From Neophaeotheca triangularis (taxonomy: Eukaryota), in assembly GCA_054600435.1 (NCBI GenBank), contig BAAIJX010000058.1, positions 1-64,000 of the forward strand: 64,000 bases of DNA, given 5' to 3'. A program made the translations under genes and the position numbers. Positions 36,834 to 48,253 of this stretch are shown piece after piece. The notes beneath the pieces are model-generated. The model did no database searches. It worked only from the letters and a program-made list of their open reading frames with translations, and was not told the origin of the DNA. Every line of letters begins with the position of its first letter. Position 1 is the first letter of the stretch.

Positions 36834-38342
36834 ATGACATCCACCACAGCCGCGGCGCCTCGTCTTTATCTCAACGACCACTCGATTCCGACCTTTGACG
36901 AGGGACGTCTCGAACCATCCTCCACGCCGAGCGCGTCACAACCACCTTCCACAGCAACCTCGCCAGGCCGACAGAGCCGTTTCGCTGAAGACATCCAGGA
37001 CACACCCATGGATACCACTTCCACCTCGATTGCGAGTCCGAATGGAGCACCGCCACTTTCGTCGAGTATAGATCCGGCTTCAATACCGACCCGGACGAGC
37101 AGCTCAAAGGCAGTCGCAAACTCCAGAGGTCCCGCCAATGCCATTCCACAGCAAAGACAGCACTCTTATACCCACACACCCCCTCTCGCAGTCCATCCAG
37201 CTGTGCGCGGACTGCCAGGAGAAGAGCAGCAAAACAGCCGCCCAGCACCTCAAGACCAAACCTCCTCCAACCCATCCCTACCCCCAACCGAGCCCACCAA
37301 ACCCATCGGCAACGATCTCATCTACGCCCACACCCCAACCTGGTCCGACTCCAAAGAAAAAATCCTCTTTGGCCCCTACGACTACCTCTACGGCCACCCG
37401 GGCAAAGACATCCGCCAACAAATGATCTCCGCTTTCAATCAATGGCTCCAAGTCCCCACCGACTCCCTCACCATAATCACAAAAGTCATAGGAATGCTAC
37501 ACACCTCCTCCCTCCTCATCGATGACGTCGAAGACTCCTCGCACTTACGGCGCGGCGTTCCCGTCGCCCACGCCATCTTCGGCACCGCCCAGACAATCAA
37601 CTCGGCAAATTACATATACTTTTGCGCGTTGCAGGAACTGCAGAAATTGGAGAACAAGGCGAAATGCATCGAGATTTATACCGAAGAGCTGCTGAACTTG
37701 CACAGAGGACAGGGCATGGATCTCTTCTGGCGGGATACCTTGACTTGTCCGAGCGAAGACGACTACCTGGAAATGGTCAACAACAAAACCGGCGGCCTGT
37801 TCCGGCTGGCCATTAAACTCATGTGCGCAGAATCGCCGTCATACCAACAGGACCTGCAAAACCAGCCCAACCACCAACCGCCCTCTTCCTCCTCAGCGAG
37901 CGAACCAGCCTACATCCCCCTAGTAAACACAATCGGCCTCCTCTTCCAAATCCACGACGACTACCTCAACCTCTCCCTGCCCCCCTCAGCACCTTACAGC
38001 CAAACCAAAGGCACCCATGCCGAAGACCTAACGGAAGGAAAGTTCTCTTTCCCAATCATCCACTCCATCCGCTCCGACCCTTCCAACCTCGTCCTCATCA
38101 ACATTCTCAAACAACGAACGGAAGACGAGGCGGTTAAAAGGCTGGCTGTTGAGTATGTCGAGGGCACGGGGAGTTTTGGGTATACGCGGAGGGTGCTGAG
38201 GGGGTTGGGGAGGAGGGCGGCTGGGTTGGTGGGGGTTGTGGATGCCGGGAGGGGGAGGGGGGAGGGAGTTCTGAGGGTTTTGGACAAGTTGAGGGTGGGG
38301 AGGGGCGAGGGTGGGGGCAAGGAGGGGGATGGGGGAGTGTAG
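36834..38342 (+). CDS. geranylgeranyl diphosphate synthase (al-3/BTS1 type) with a disordered N-terminal extension
   Basis: [30 protein letters not shown] (FARM), [24 protein letters not shown] (SARM), [14 protein letters not shown] at 36834. Confidence 0.93.
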   Translation: MTSTTAAAPRLYLNDHSIPTFDEGRLEPSSTPSASQPPSTATSPGRQSRFAEDIQDTPMDTTSTSIASPNGAPPLSSSIDPASIPTRTSSSKAVANSRGPANAIPQQRQHSYTHTPPLAVHPAVRGLPGEEQQNSRPAPQDQTSSNPSLPPTEPTKPIGNDLIYAHTPTWSDSKEKILFGPYDYLYGHPGKDIRQQMISAFNQWLQVPTDSLTIITKVIGMLHTSSLLIDDVEDSSHLRRGVPVAHAIFGTAQTINSANYIYFCALQELQKLENKAKCIEIYTEELLNLHRGQGMDLFWRDTLTCPSEDDYLEMVNNKTGGLFRLAIKLMCAESPSYQQDLQNQPNHQPPSSSSASEPAYIPLVNTIGLLFQIHDDYLNLSLPPSAPYSQTKGTHAEDLTEGKFSFPIIHSIRSDPSNLVLINILKQRTEDEAVKRLAVEYVEGTGSFGYTRRVLRGLGRRAAGLVGVVDAGRGRGEGVLRVLDKLRVGRGEGGGKEGDGGV

Positions 38343-39706
38343 ATCAAGTGCGGTTGAGCTGGTTAAATGGGGTTTAGAGGATGTGTATGTCTCTTGGCTT
38401 GGCCTGTGGCGGGGGCTTTTGGTCAGGGGTTTTGCGATGGCGCTAGGGATGCGAAGTCGCCTCAAACCCTTCTTTGAAGGCGTTTCTGTTCCTCTTTCTA
38501 CTTTGGGTCTTTTGGGAAGCGGGAAGTTTTGGATCTGAGAATGATACGAGAATGGATACCCCCTTCCTTTCGCTCCTTTCGATTAATACCGACCGATTGA
38601 TCGAAATGCACGACGGAATTCGAATGCTTCTTTCGCTCTTGCTAGCTTTTGCTCTTGCTCTGCTGATGGCTTCTCACCCACATTTGGGAGGAGTGGTGGC
38701 CACCAATGGAAAGGGAGACGGCGGGGTTGTGGGTGTGTTTCGCGGTCTGTGTATATATATATCTACTTATTTCCGTGTCGATCTGTCTACCGACTTTACC
38801 CGTCTCCTTACCGTAAGCAGTCAGGCAGGCAGTTGATCAGTGAGTCAGTTAGTATAGGAAGCCAGTCCGTAGACAAGTCAGCCGGTCAGTCAGTAGTCGA
38901 AACCCTTCGTTCGTTCGTTCGTTCGTTCGTCCGAACTGAACCTTTCTTTTTTTTTTTTCAAACATTAGTAATGGACCCGTAAGCCACGGGAATCGCAACC
39001 AGGGGATGAACTGAATTGAGCGCTCGGCCTCCGACGCCTGGTTTACGGGGTTTGGGGGTACGTTTTGGGTAACGGGTGGAGGGAGCTAGAGGGTGCTGGA
39101 GGGTGCTTCAAACTGGGTGTATGGAGCTTGGGATAGGATTAGGGGGGAGTGGTGTGACGGGTGAAAGGGCTGAAGGATTGGGAATGAGGAAGAAGGGGTC
39201 CTAGCGTCAGGGGTCTTTCTCGGGCCTTTGGTGGGTTTCGAGTTCAGGTGCTGATGGGACCTGGGAGCGGAGGGTTTGGGAGCTTGGTTTTTCTAATGAG
39301 ATTTTGGGGTTCCAAGGGGAGGAGGGCTCGGGGTTTGTAAGTATGTTAGGGCGTGGCAGGGTTTATTACCGCGTGAGGTATTTTAGCGTAGCACTCGGGA
39401 GCACTGGGAGTTAGAAGGATGGGACAAATATGGTAGGGCAGAGGTGATGTGGAAACGTGAGGGCCGGGCATTTCTGACGGGGTTTCGGTACTGTACAGCT
39501 AGGCACCCTCTAACAGCTACAGCCGTGCTGCAGTAGGGGTGAAAACACGTTTTAACCCTTTTTTGTGTCTCGTGCATTCGCGCCCGTTCCTTCATAAGCA
39601 GCTCCCAAAACGCCTGACGAACGCCACCTCGCCTACGACGAACAGCGGCAAAAGAAAGATAAGACAAAAAGAAGCAACTTCCCCCCAAACCATCTTTACA
39701 CCCCTC

Positions 39707-40590
39707 CTAAACCTTCACAGTCTGCCCCAACTTCAACGCCAACTTGTAAAGCTCCTTATAAGTCTCCTCCCACTCTTCGCTCGCCTCGACCCCCTTCCCA
39801 ACCCCAGGTGTCAACATGACCACACTCGTCGGCCGCTTGGTGCTGCCCGCAGCTCCCAATTCCGCTCGGCTGGGCACGAAGAGGTACGGGATGCCGTGGT
39901 CTTCGCAGAGGACCGGCAAGTGCGAGATTACGTCCATGGGGCTGATGTCGGCGGCTAGGATTACGATGCCGGGGGGGAGAGTGGATGGGGTGAGGCTAGA
40001 GGGGTTCGAGGGGGGCGATTTCCGGACCGATTTGAGGACCTCTTTTACGCCGCGTTTGAGAGATTTGGATTTGGCCGCTGGAGAGAGGGGCATGTTAGTT
40101 GGGACTCTGTGAGGTGGGTGGTTTGAAAGGCGGTGGTTTGTGCAAGGTGGGGATGATCAGAGGAGGGAGGTCAAACTGTGGGCTGGCGGTATGATTGGGG
40201 GCTGGTAGGCGAAGTCCCCCCCAGCGGGAAGATCGTATTCTGGGAATGTGGTGTGTAGGGAGGAAAAAATGACGTACCCTTCTTGACCCCCTTCAAGACC
40301 TTCTTCTGGCTCTTCTCATCACAAAGCGGGTGCGCAAAGGGCACGAGAGCAGCCAACGGCGCTGCAACAGTGCCATCGGCTTTCACGACTGGCTTCTCCT
40401 CAGTAAGATCCTGGGCGGCATCTGCCTCGACCATGGAAACATCAATATCGACGGCAGAGGCATCGAGGGATTTGCGCGCCTTCTTTTCCTTTTTCTTTTC
40501 CGCTTTGGCTACGTCGTCGACGGCGTCGGATTTGCGCTTCTTGTCCTTTTTCTCCTTTTTCGATGGGTCGGTGGTCTCGTGTTTGGCCAT
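39707..40590 (-). CDS. NHP2: H/ACA snoRNP subunit Nhp2 (L7Ae family); exons 40590-40278, 40077-39707
   Basis: VPFAHPL, LKRGVKEV, ILAADISPMDVISHLPVLCEDH, RAELGAAGSTKRPTSVV. Confidence 0.93.
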
Positions 40591-40794
40591 TTTGGGTAAG
40601 TATTTGCTGTAGGTGTTTGTGTGCTGTTGTTAGTGGAGTGAGTGAGGTGGTTGTTGTTCAGGTCGTGTGCGGTCAAGCTTGCGATTGAGACTGTAGCTTG
40701 AACTGTGAGAGCTTGGAGATTTTCCTTTTCGATATTTGTGCACGGACCAGGCTTTTCGGCCTGGGGAAATGTGCATATAATATGAAGAGTCAAG

Positions 40795-40865
40795 TACATA
40801 CATACATACATACATACATACATACATACATACATACATACATACATACATACATACATACATAC
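40795..40865. repeat. (TACA)n microsatellite in the divergent NHP2/NTH1 intergenic region
   Basis: About 17-18 perfect units, directly visible. Confidence 0.95.
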
Positions 40866-40980
40866 GTAAATTCATCTAATCTGCGAGAGGAGGTGGGTTG
40901 TCGATGGATTGCATCACACTTCATTGCCAATAAGGAAGACATCGCGCATATCACGCGACACGGCGCGGATCGTCAAAGCC

Positions 40981-42204
40981 ATGACAGCTCCTTCTTCACC
41001 ACCAAGGCGATCGTTACGGAACTTCAAGCATACCGACAACTCTTCAGCCGAGAATGTGGAACCCAAGGACGAGGAAGCTCCCAGCAGCGAGCTATCCAGT
41101 GCGCCATCGAGTCCAGAAACGAAAAGGACAGCCCGGCATTCCATAGGCAAAAGGAAGCGCGGCCTTACACAAAGCAACCCAGGCACCACCATTGAAGCCG
41201 CCACAACGACAACCCGTCGTTCCACCCGCAAAGCCCCCAAACTAGAACAAGTTTCAGAAGCAAAAGATAAACCCCCCCGGAAACCGGCCAAACGCATCAC
41301 CGCTTCCCCCTCCCTAGCCACCCCACCCCCCAACTGGCAAGAAGTCTACACCACAACCAGGGCCATGCGCCGCAACCTCCAGGCCCCAGTCGACACAATG
41401 GGCTGCGAAACCCTCGCCCAACCCGACGTCCCTCCCCGCGACCAACGCCTCCAAACCCTCGTCGCCCTCATGCTCTCAGCCCAAACCAAGGACACAGTAA
41501 CAGCCGCCGCAATGATCAACCTCCAACAAAACATGCCCGGCGGCTTCACATTACCCAGCCTCCTCGCCATCCCTCCGGAAGACCTCAACAAGCTGATAGA
41601 AAAGGTCGGTTTTCACAACAACAAAACCAAATACATCAAAGCGACTGCCTCCGTCTTGGTAGAAAACTTCGACAGCGACGTTCCCTCCACCATCGAAGGG
41701 CTGACCTCACTCCCCGGTGTGGGACCCAAAATGGCGTACCTCTGCCTTTCCGCCGCTTGGGGTCGGACGGAGGGCATAGGTGTGGACGTGCACGTGCATC
41801 GCATTACGAATTTGTGGGGCTGGCATGCGACAAGCACGCCGGAGGAAACGAGGCGTGCTCTGGAAGCTTGGTTGCCGCGGGATTTGTGGCATGAGATTAA
41901 TCATTTGCTGGTCGGGTTGGGGCAGACGGTGTGTTTGCCTGTGGGCAGGAGGTGTGGTGAGTGCGTGTTGGGGACTAAGGGGCTTTGTCCTAGTGCTGTT
42001 GAGGGGAGTCCGCGGAAGAAGAGGAAGGTCAAAACGGAGGTTGAGGCGGCGGATGGTGAGATTAAGGATCAGGTGGGTGTGACTGTTAAAGTGGATGATG
42101 TCGGGGTTAAGGTTGAGGTTGAAGGGGACGAGGTTGGCGAGGTGGATGTGCTAACGAGTGCTGGCGCTGGCGCTGGCAAGGTACAGGACATCGAGGATCT
42201 GTAG
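40981..42204 (+). CDS. NTH1: endonuclease III-like DNA glycosylase/AP lyase (possible non-AUG N-terminal extension)
   Basis: APVDTMGC, LMLSAQTKD, HhH motif LPGVGPKMA, GIGVDVHVHRI, 4Fe-4S motif C-x6-C-x2-C-x7-C. Confidence 0.93.
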   Translation: MTAPSSPPRRSLRNFKHTDNSSAENVEPKDEEAPSSELSSAPSSPETKRTARHSIGKRKRGLTQSNPGTTIEAATTTTRRSTRKAPKLEQVSEAKDKPPRKPAKRITASPSLATPPPNWQEVYTTTRAMRRNLQAPVDTMGCETLAQPDVPPRDQRLQTLVALMLSAQTKDTVTAAAMINLQQNMPGGFTLPSLLAIPPEDLNKLIEKVGFHNNKTKYIKATASVLVENFDSDVPSTIEGLTSLPGVGPKMAYLCLSAAWGRTEGIGVDVHVHRITNLWGWHATSTPEETRRALEAWLPRDLWHEINHLLVGLGQTVCLPVGRRCGECVLGTKGLCPSAVEGSPRKKRKVKTEVEAADGEIKDQVGVTVKVDDVGVKVEVEGDEVGEVDVLTSAGAGAGKVQDIEDL

Positions 42205-42659
42205 CGAGGGAGATCTAGGCGCATTGTCTGGTTATGAAAGATACCTACCCTTGGCGCGATTTTGTACTATAGCTTGCGCCAAAATAGCGAAACTAGATCA
42301 AAACATCTCGATTAGCATTGCCCTTTTCGATAGTAATCGACTTCTCTGTAACATTTGTAATCTCACACGCTCACACGACAAATCTAGCATGTAGATTTAC
42401 ACCTTAGCGCGTTTTCCCTCGTCTGTAATTAGAGAGGGAACCAAATCCAGCATGAAGTTATTCCTACCAGCCCCAAAGCAATTCGAACCTTCACTCGAGA
42501 CATCCCGACACTAGCGCTCCTTCCATACAGCCAATCACACCCCATTGCTCGCGCAAGCCGAACCTCCCCAAAGGAGAAGCCATCCCCGACCACACCACTT
42601 CACCCACTTTCAAACCACTCAACCTGACACCAAACGCACCCTCTGAGGAAACCCAGGCA

Positions 42660-43188
42660 ATGCCGTCCTCAGACTACGCAACCGCAATCCCTGGCGGTTT
42701 AAAGCTCAAAGGCGCGCCCAAAGATGCCGGCGTCAAGAAAAAGAAAAAGAAGAGCAAAAGCACGAAAGCCTTGGACGGGGATCAGGATTCTGGGGAGGGA
42801 GTGAAAGCAGAGGGCGAAGGGGAGTTGCAGCGCGCGTTGGCGGAAGAGGAGGAGAATGGGGGTGAGAGCGCGGTGATGGAGGGGAAAAGTGAGGTCAAGG
42901 TTGGGGCTTCGGCGAAAACTGAGGCGCAGAGGGAGGCAGAAGAGAGGAGGAGACGGAGGGTGAGTTCTTCTTTATATGTATGGTGTTGGATTGGGCTGGG
43001 TTTGCTGCTGGGAATGCTGGGCTGCGGGCTTGCGGTTTTACGGCTTGGGCTGACATTTGACGTTACAGCTTGATGAACGGCTTAAGCGCGAGGGCGTCAA
43101 GACTCATAAGGAGCGCGTCGAGGAGCTGAATAAGTACCTGGCGGGGTTGAGTGAGCACCATGATATGCCGAAGATTGGGCCTGGTTAA
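42660..43188 (+). CDS. FAM32A/DUF1754 family protein; exons 42660-42959, 43069-43188
   Basis: GGLKLKG, KTEAQ, then after the intron LDERLKREGVKTHKERVEELNKYLAGLSEHHDMPKIGPG*. Confidence 0.9.
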
Positions 43189-45179
43189 GATTACTTCGTG
43201 ACGGGATGTTGCGTTGGGCTGTGTTGCTCCGGGTCGGGTTTAGCGCGGCGTTTGGTGGTGTTTGAGGGCGATACCCATTTGGGTCTGTGATTCTCGCTCA
43301 CCAAAAGAGAGAAAGGGCAGAGGCATGGCAGGGGCGACCGCTGGAATGTGCGTGCGAAGCAGCGTACAGACACTTGCGAACGAATAGCCACCTTACGCTT
43401 GTCCGCTGTTGCGGATATTCGGATCCCAATCCAATCTCACTGCTCCTCGGATGGTTCCCCCCGTACCAATCGGCCACAAACGCGTCTTCAAAGCCTCTCT
43501 GCCCTCAGTATCAGTTTCGTAACCCTTCTTCGACGCCACTTTGACGTGTTACACCTGGACGTTCAACCTTGATCCGAAGGACAAAGCATACAGTATTCAT
43601 CATCGGCAAGATATGCGTGCTGAGGACCGTGCCCCTGCGGAAACCATCGTCGAGGAAATTGTCGCCCGTCCAGAGCTAGGAAGCTCAAGAAGAAATACCT
43701 CGAACGCGTAGTAAAGGTCTTGTCCAAGACCGCTATGTGGTCGATTCTCATGAGATAGTTAGTTACAAGCTCGATCGGATGATACTTCAGCTGTAAGGGC
43801 CCCCTTTTCTGCTTGTGAACAGGCTACACGACGAGCAACTGACTCGAATCCAGTCCAAAGTTCGCCCAGGAGACTAGAGATAGCGGGAGCGGGGCCACCG
43901 TAGAGATTACAGCCTTCAAGCACGGGGTGGCCTATGTGCGAAGGGCACAATAGAGTGGGAGATGAGATCAAGGGGCTGAGGCTGATCTGCGCATCCTGAT
44001 CAGCGCCTTGCGGAATTTGCGAGGCTCCCGTTTCCGCCACGTGCATGCTGAGCCACTGCAACTTGTTTCTAGTGAAAGATGGCTCTATGCTGTCATGGCC
44101 GCTGCATTCACGCCGCCGCCTTCACCAAGACCGTCGAAGGGCTTCCAGAGAGCTCATAACGGCAAGAACCCATCACGATCTTGGTGGGAATTCAACAAAT
44201 AAGGTGTAGTCGCACTTCAGCTGGGAATCGCAGCACAGATGGCAATGCAGGTTGAAGAATGCCCACGGTACCCTTTGCCACCTAGGCCATCACGACACGT
44301 AGCAGGGCCAATCCGTCGTAGTTCATGGGACGTCAGACGCCACCAAAAACCCCTAGTATCGCGATGCTGGTCGCCGATCGAGACGCGGAAATACCTGTCC
44401 GTCAAATCGATTTTCTCGCAACTATGTGTACCCCTGAGCTTTCACGTCTTTGATTTTGGGTTCCAAGTTGACTCCTGGTCTGCACATGCATCGGCCAGTC
44501 TCCACATCGCCTTCGGTGCTTTATTTTGCGCATACTGCGCGCTATCTCTGGCGCGTAACGGAATCAGTGTAGGAAATCCAGACCGGGGGCGTGCTAAAGA
44601 CCTCTTCGTCAAAGGATCAAGGTACGCAGAGATGGGGACTCGGTGGAAATCTAGATCAGAGGGCCTTCGGTCCGTCCAAAATGTTGTGGACGGCAATGAC
44701 ATGAAGGAACAATGGGCTGGGCATCACTTTCCCCCTTCACCGGTCCGGCTACGTACCGCAGCTGCGGCAAGGGATTAAGGGCAAGGCTATCTAGTACCTC
44801 AATCAGGCTTGTGGGCGGATTGAGCCTGGTCGGCATGTGAGCAGTCGGGGTATGTCAGGCTGCCACCCTTCTCCCGCTTCCTATCTGTCGAGAACAATAG
44901 AACACGCATCAATAAAGGACCAACCTTACTAGAAGGGGCATGAACGAGTCACTCTATGTCGTGATTACCCTTCAACAGCTGGAAAAGGAAATCACCACAC
45001 GACAAACCGCAACTAGTGAAAAAGCGCCGTCTAGCTACTACATACACACACACCACGGATACTTTCAATGACGAAAGAAGTGGAAGGAAGAAGGTTATAG
45101 TGTGCCCTGCAAGCAGCGATTGTATTAAATAGCTCTGAGCGAATCCCGAAGGCCCCAACGCTCGCGGTCTGGTCCAGAC

Positions 45180-45208
<29 letters not shown>
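45180..45208. repeat. (CT)n(CA)n compound microsatellite
   Basis: Directly visible. Confidence 0.85.
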
Positions 45209-45210
<2 letters not shown>

Positions 45211-45312
45211 AGCGCGAAAGGGCGTATGGCGACACGCATGACTCACGAAGCGCGCAGTCCCCAGTTTCCTATCCCTGTAGCTGATAATGTCCATGCCCAG
45301 AATTGATCCTCT

Positions 45313-48132
45313 CTAGTTCCCCATCCTCACTACCTCTCCATCTCCCACCCATCTTCGCCCACCCCCTTCCCCCTCGCATTCCCCATCCTCACTACCTTCC
45401 TCCATCCCCCCGTCCCCCCAATTCCCCTCCCAATCCCAACAAGGCCTCCTCGAAACACTTCCACTGACCCCAACAACCCTCCCCCAAAGCCCCCAAAGCC
45501 CCAACCCCACGCTCTCGGCCATCCACCCCCTATCCACCGCCCCAACCAACTCGACCCAGACCAAACCGGCGAAAAACTCCAAACCCAGCGCGAACACCGC
45601 CTGACTCCGCACGCTCAAGCAGTGGGCGAAGTGTACGATTCCTTTTTCGTCGTCGCGGGAGACGTGGTTTAGGTCGATGGAGAGGGGGGTGGAGTAGTTG
45701 AGGGTTAGGATTGTTGAGGTGGCTGTCGGGATGGGAGCATCAGGGGACGATGGGGCTGTTGTGGTTGGCGGGGCGGAGATTGTGAGGGTGTAGAAGACTA
45801 CTTGTGGGAGGTGTGGGTGTTCGTGGCGTTCGAGGGTTGCGTGGCCTGCTGGGGGTGTGGATTGAGTGGCGTGGTGGTGGTTGGGATAGTCGGGAGAGGG
45901 GTTGTCATTAACTGTGGTTGCACAATGGGTGTTTGGCGCTGGATTACTGGCTTGAATAGCTGCGGCGCGGTGGCGGCGGAGTTCTATTACGCCCGTGAGT
46001 TGGGTTGTGGGGTCAGGGTGGCAGAATTCTGTGGTTTGGTTGGGCGGATGTGTTCTGCCATGACTTCTTGATGTCTGCGTTGGGGCTTGCGTACGTCTCG
46101 GGTGGCCGTGAGGATATGTCTGTGGCGATGGTGGCGGCATCGCTTGCCTGGCAACACGATTGGTGACTGCTTGTTCTCGCAGGTTGTCGAGGATGCTTTC
46201 GAACTGTGAGTCAGTCAGATCCGCGAGCGACAGGCCGTAGAATTGTGAGATGTCATCCAAGAAAGCCACGACAGATCCAGCAGGTCGCGGATCTTCAAAC
46301 AGACGGTAGGCTGAGGCGAGTCTACTCGCTACATTGGCGAAGGAGGCTCCCCGGTGCCTTGTGTCTGCCTCATCCTCCTCTACCTCACCAGCTGCAAAGT
46401 CACCAGTCCGTAGAGCCTCGTCAATACAACCCTGTAGCTCAGCCTCATTGATCTCGGAAATCCGTGCACTGAAACGCGCTTCCAATGTCCGAACAGCTGA
46501 CCCGACCGTCCAAGCCTTTCCGATTCCAGTGCGACGCCCGTTCAGTATTGCGGTCCCAATACAAGTCAAGTTCTCAAACATGCGTCGGACTCGTCCGTCT
46601 CCGCGCTCACCGCCTAATGAGTAGAAGGGCTCACGCCCTGCGGCTGCGTCGACAAAGGCATCAAAAACCCTGGGCTCAATGTCGGGAAGTTCGCACTGGT
46701 TCATCCATTCCAAAAGCAAGATGAGTATGTCCGCGCTGACATCTGAACCCGCGTCCTGATGGGAGCAAGCGACTAGCAAGCGTTGAATTCGTAGGTCTCT
46801 TATGATGGCACGAGCTGGGTTGACGGTGTTAGTTTGAAACTCTTCGAGATAGTCTTCCAGCTCCAGCTGTCCGATATTGGCAAACTCCTTGCCGAAATGC
46901 GTTTCCAGTTCGGACACTGTGGTCCTCGCATCTCGAAAGAGTCCGGTACAAGCGGCGGCTGAGAAAGCGCATGTGACTTTGAACATATTTCTGTTGAAGT
47001 CAATGGATTCTTGAAGCTCGCGTGCACCTCCGTCGTACGGGACCGCTCCCTCTTCAGCAAAATGATTTAGAATCGTTTCAAGATCCTCTGAATCAAGTTG
47101 TGAGAGAGGCTTGCGATACTTCCAATGGATGTGGAATATGAGCAGTGCTAATGAAACTGAAACAGAGTTAATCCAGCCACCGACTTCACCAAAATGATCG
47201 ATGATACGTCCAGCGCGTATTCTCGTCGCCGGATCGAGCGTTTCGGCATCGGTGAAAGTACCGACCATGTGTAGCGTTTGCGTTATCGTTAACTCCTTGT
47301 GGCTGAGGTCCGAATGGATTCTGGGGTAGGGGTCTGGCGGTATTGGATTCAGAGTAGCGGGACTGTCCCACTGGCTTTCGTGCTCATCCTGACTGCTTTC
47401 TTGATAGCGACTGCAGTCCTCCTCGTGGTCGTGGCTGTCTTGGTTGTCTTGGCTTCCGTCCTCGTCCTGGCTGCCATCGTCCCAATCATTATCCCCGTGC
47501 TGACTATCTTCCCAATCCAACACCTCATCTTCGCCCCAACCCCCATGTCCACCCCGTTGAACCGCCGAAGAACCCACCCCAAGACCCTCCCCAACAGCCA
47601 ATCTAACCGCCCTCCCCTCCTCGAACCTCTCAACAAACACCCCCCTCAACTCCTCAACAACAGCCGAACAGGGACAATCCAGCTCCGCACTAGCAAGAGC
47701 CACTCCAGCCTCATCGACAGCCGCAAAAACACCTCCGACACTTTCCTAAAACTCCTGGGAACTGCCTGAGACCTCTCCTTCCACCGAACCCGCCATGGTA
47801 AGCGAGTGGGAAGCGAGCCGGTGGTCTGACACCATTCGTGAATGATTATCGAAGAGGTCGGAGTCTGTTGTCATAGCCTCGCTGGGGGTGTCTTCGGTTG
47901 GCGAGCTCGGGGTAGTGGGGTTCTCGTCTCTATCCAAGTGCCAGGATCCAGAAGCAACTTCGTGGTATGGCCGTGAGCTCGGGGTGGAGGGCGCAAAGAG
48001 CAGAGATCCTTGATTGCCGGTGGAATCGGCAATAAAAGGGTCGACATCACCTTCCATCCCCCCGAACCCCGTCCCAAACCCCCAGAACCCTTCAAACCCT
48101 CCCGGCGAAACCGGCGACGAAAGCTCCTCCAT
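45313..48132 (-). pseudogene. hypothetical 940-codon gene interrupted by one in-frame TAG at 47746-47748
   Basis: ORFs 47746..48132 and 45313..47703 share a frame and read ...SSQEF*ESVGGVFAAVDEAGVALASAE...; no convincing intron covers the stop. Confidence 0.55.
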
Positions 48133-48253
48133 CTTACTCTCCCTTCAAGAGTTTCAAGTATGCTCGAGCTTACAAGTATACCTCCTAACCCTCTAACCCT
48201 TATCCTCCAACCGCAAACCAGACGAAAGCGAGCTCGCTGCCTCACAACTGTTC

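Noticed and set aside
36834..38342. Terpene secondary-metabolite cluster around the GGPP synthase
   Set aside because: Neighbours are housekeeping genes; no cyclase, P450 or cluster transcription factor nearby.
40509..40875. MYVC-repeat and IHTY-repeat ORFs
   Set aside because: Translation of the (TACA)n microsatellite.
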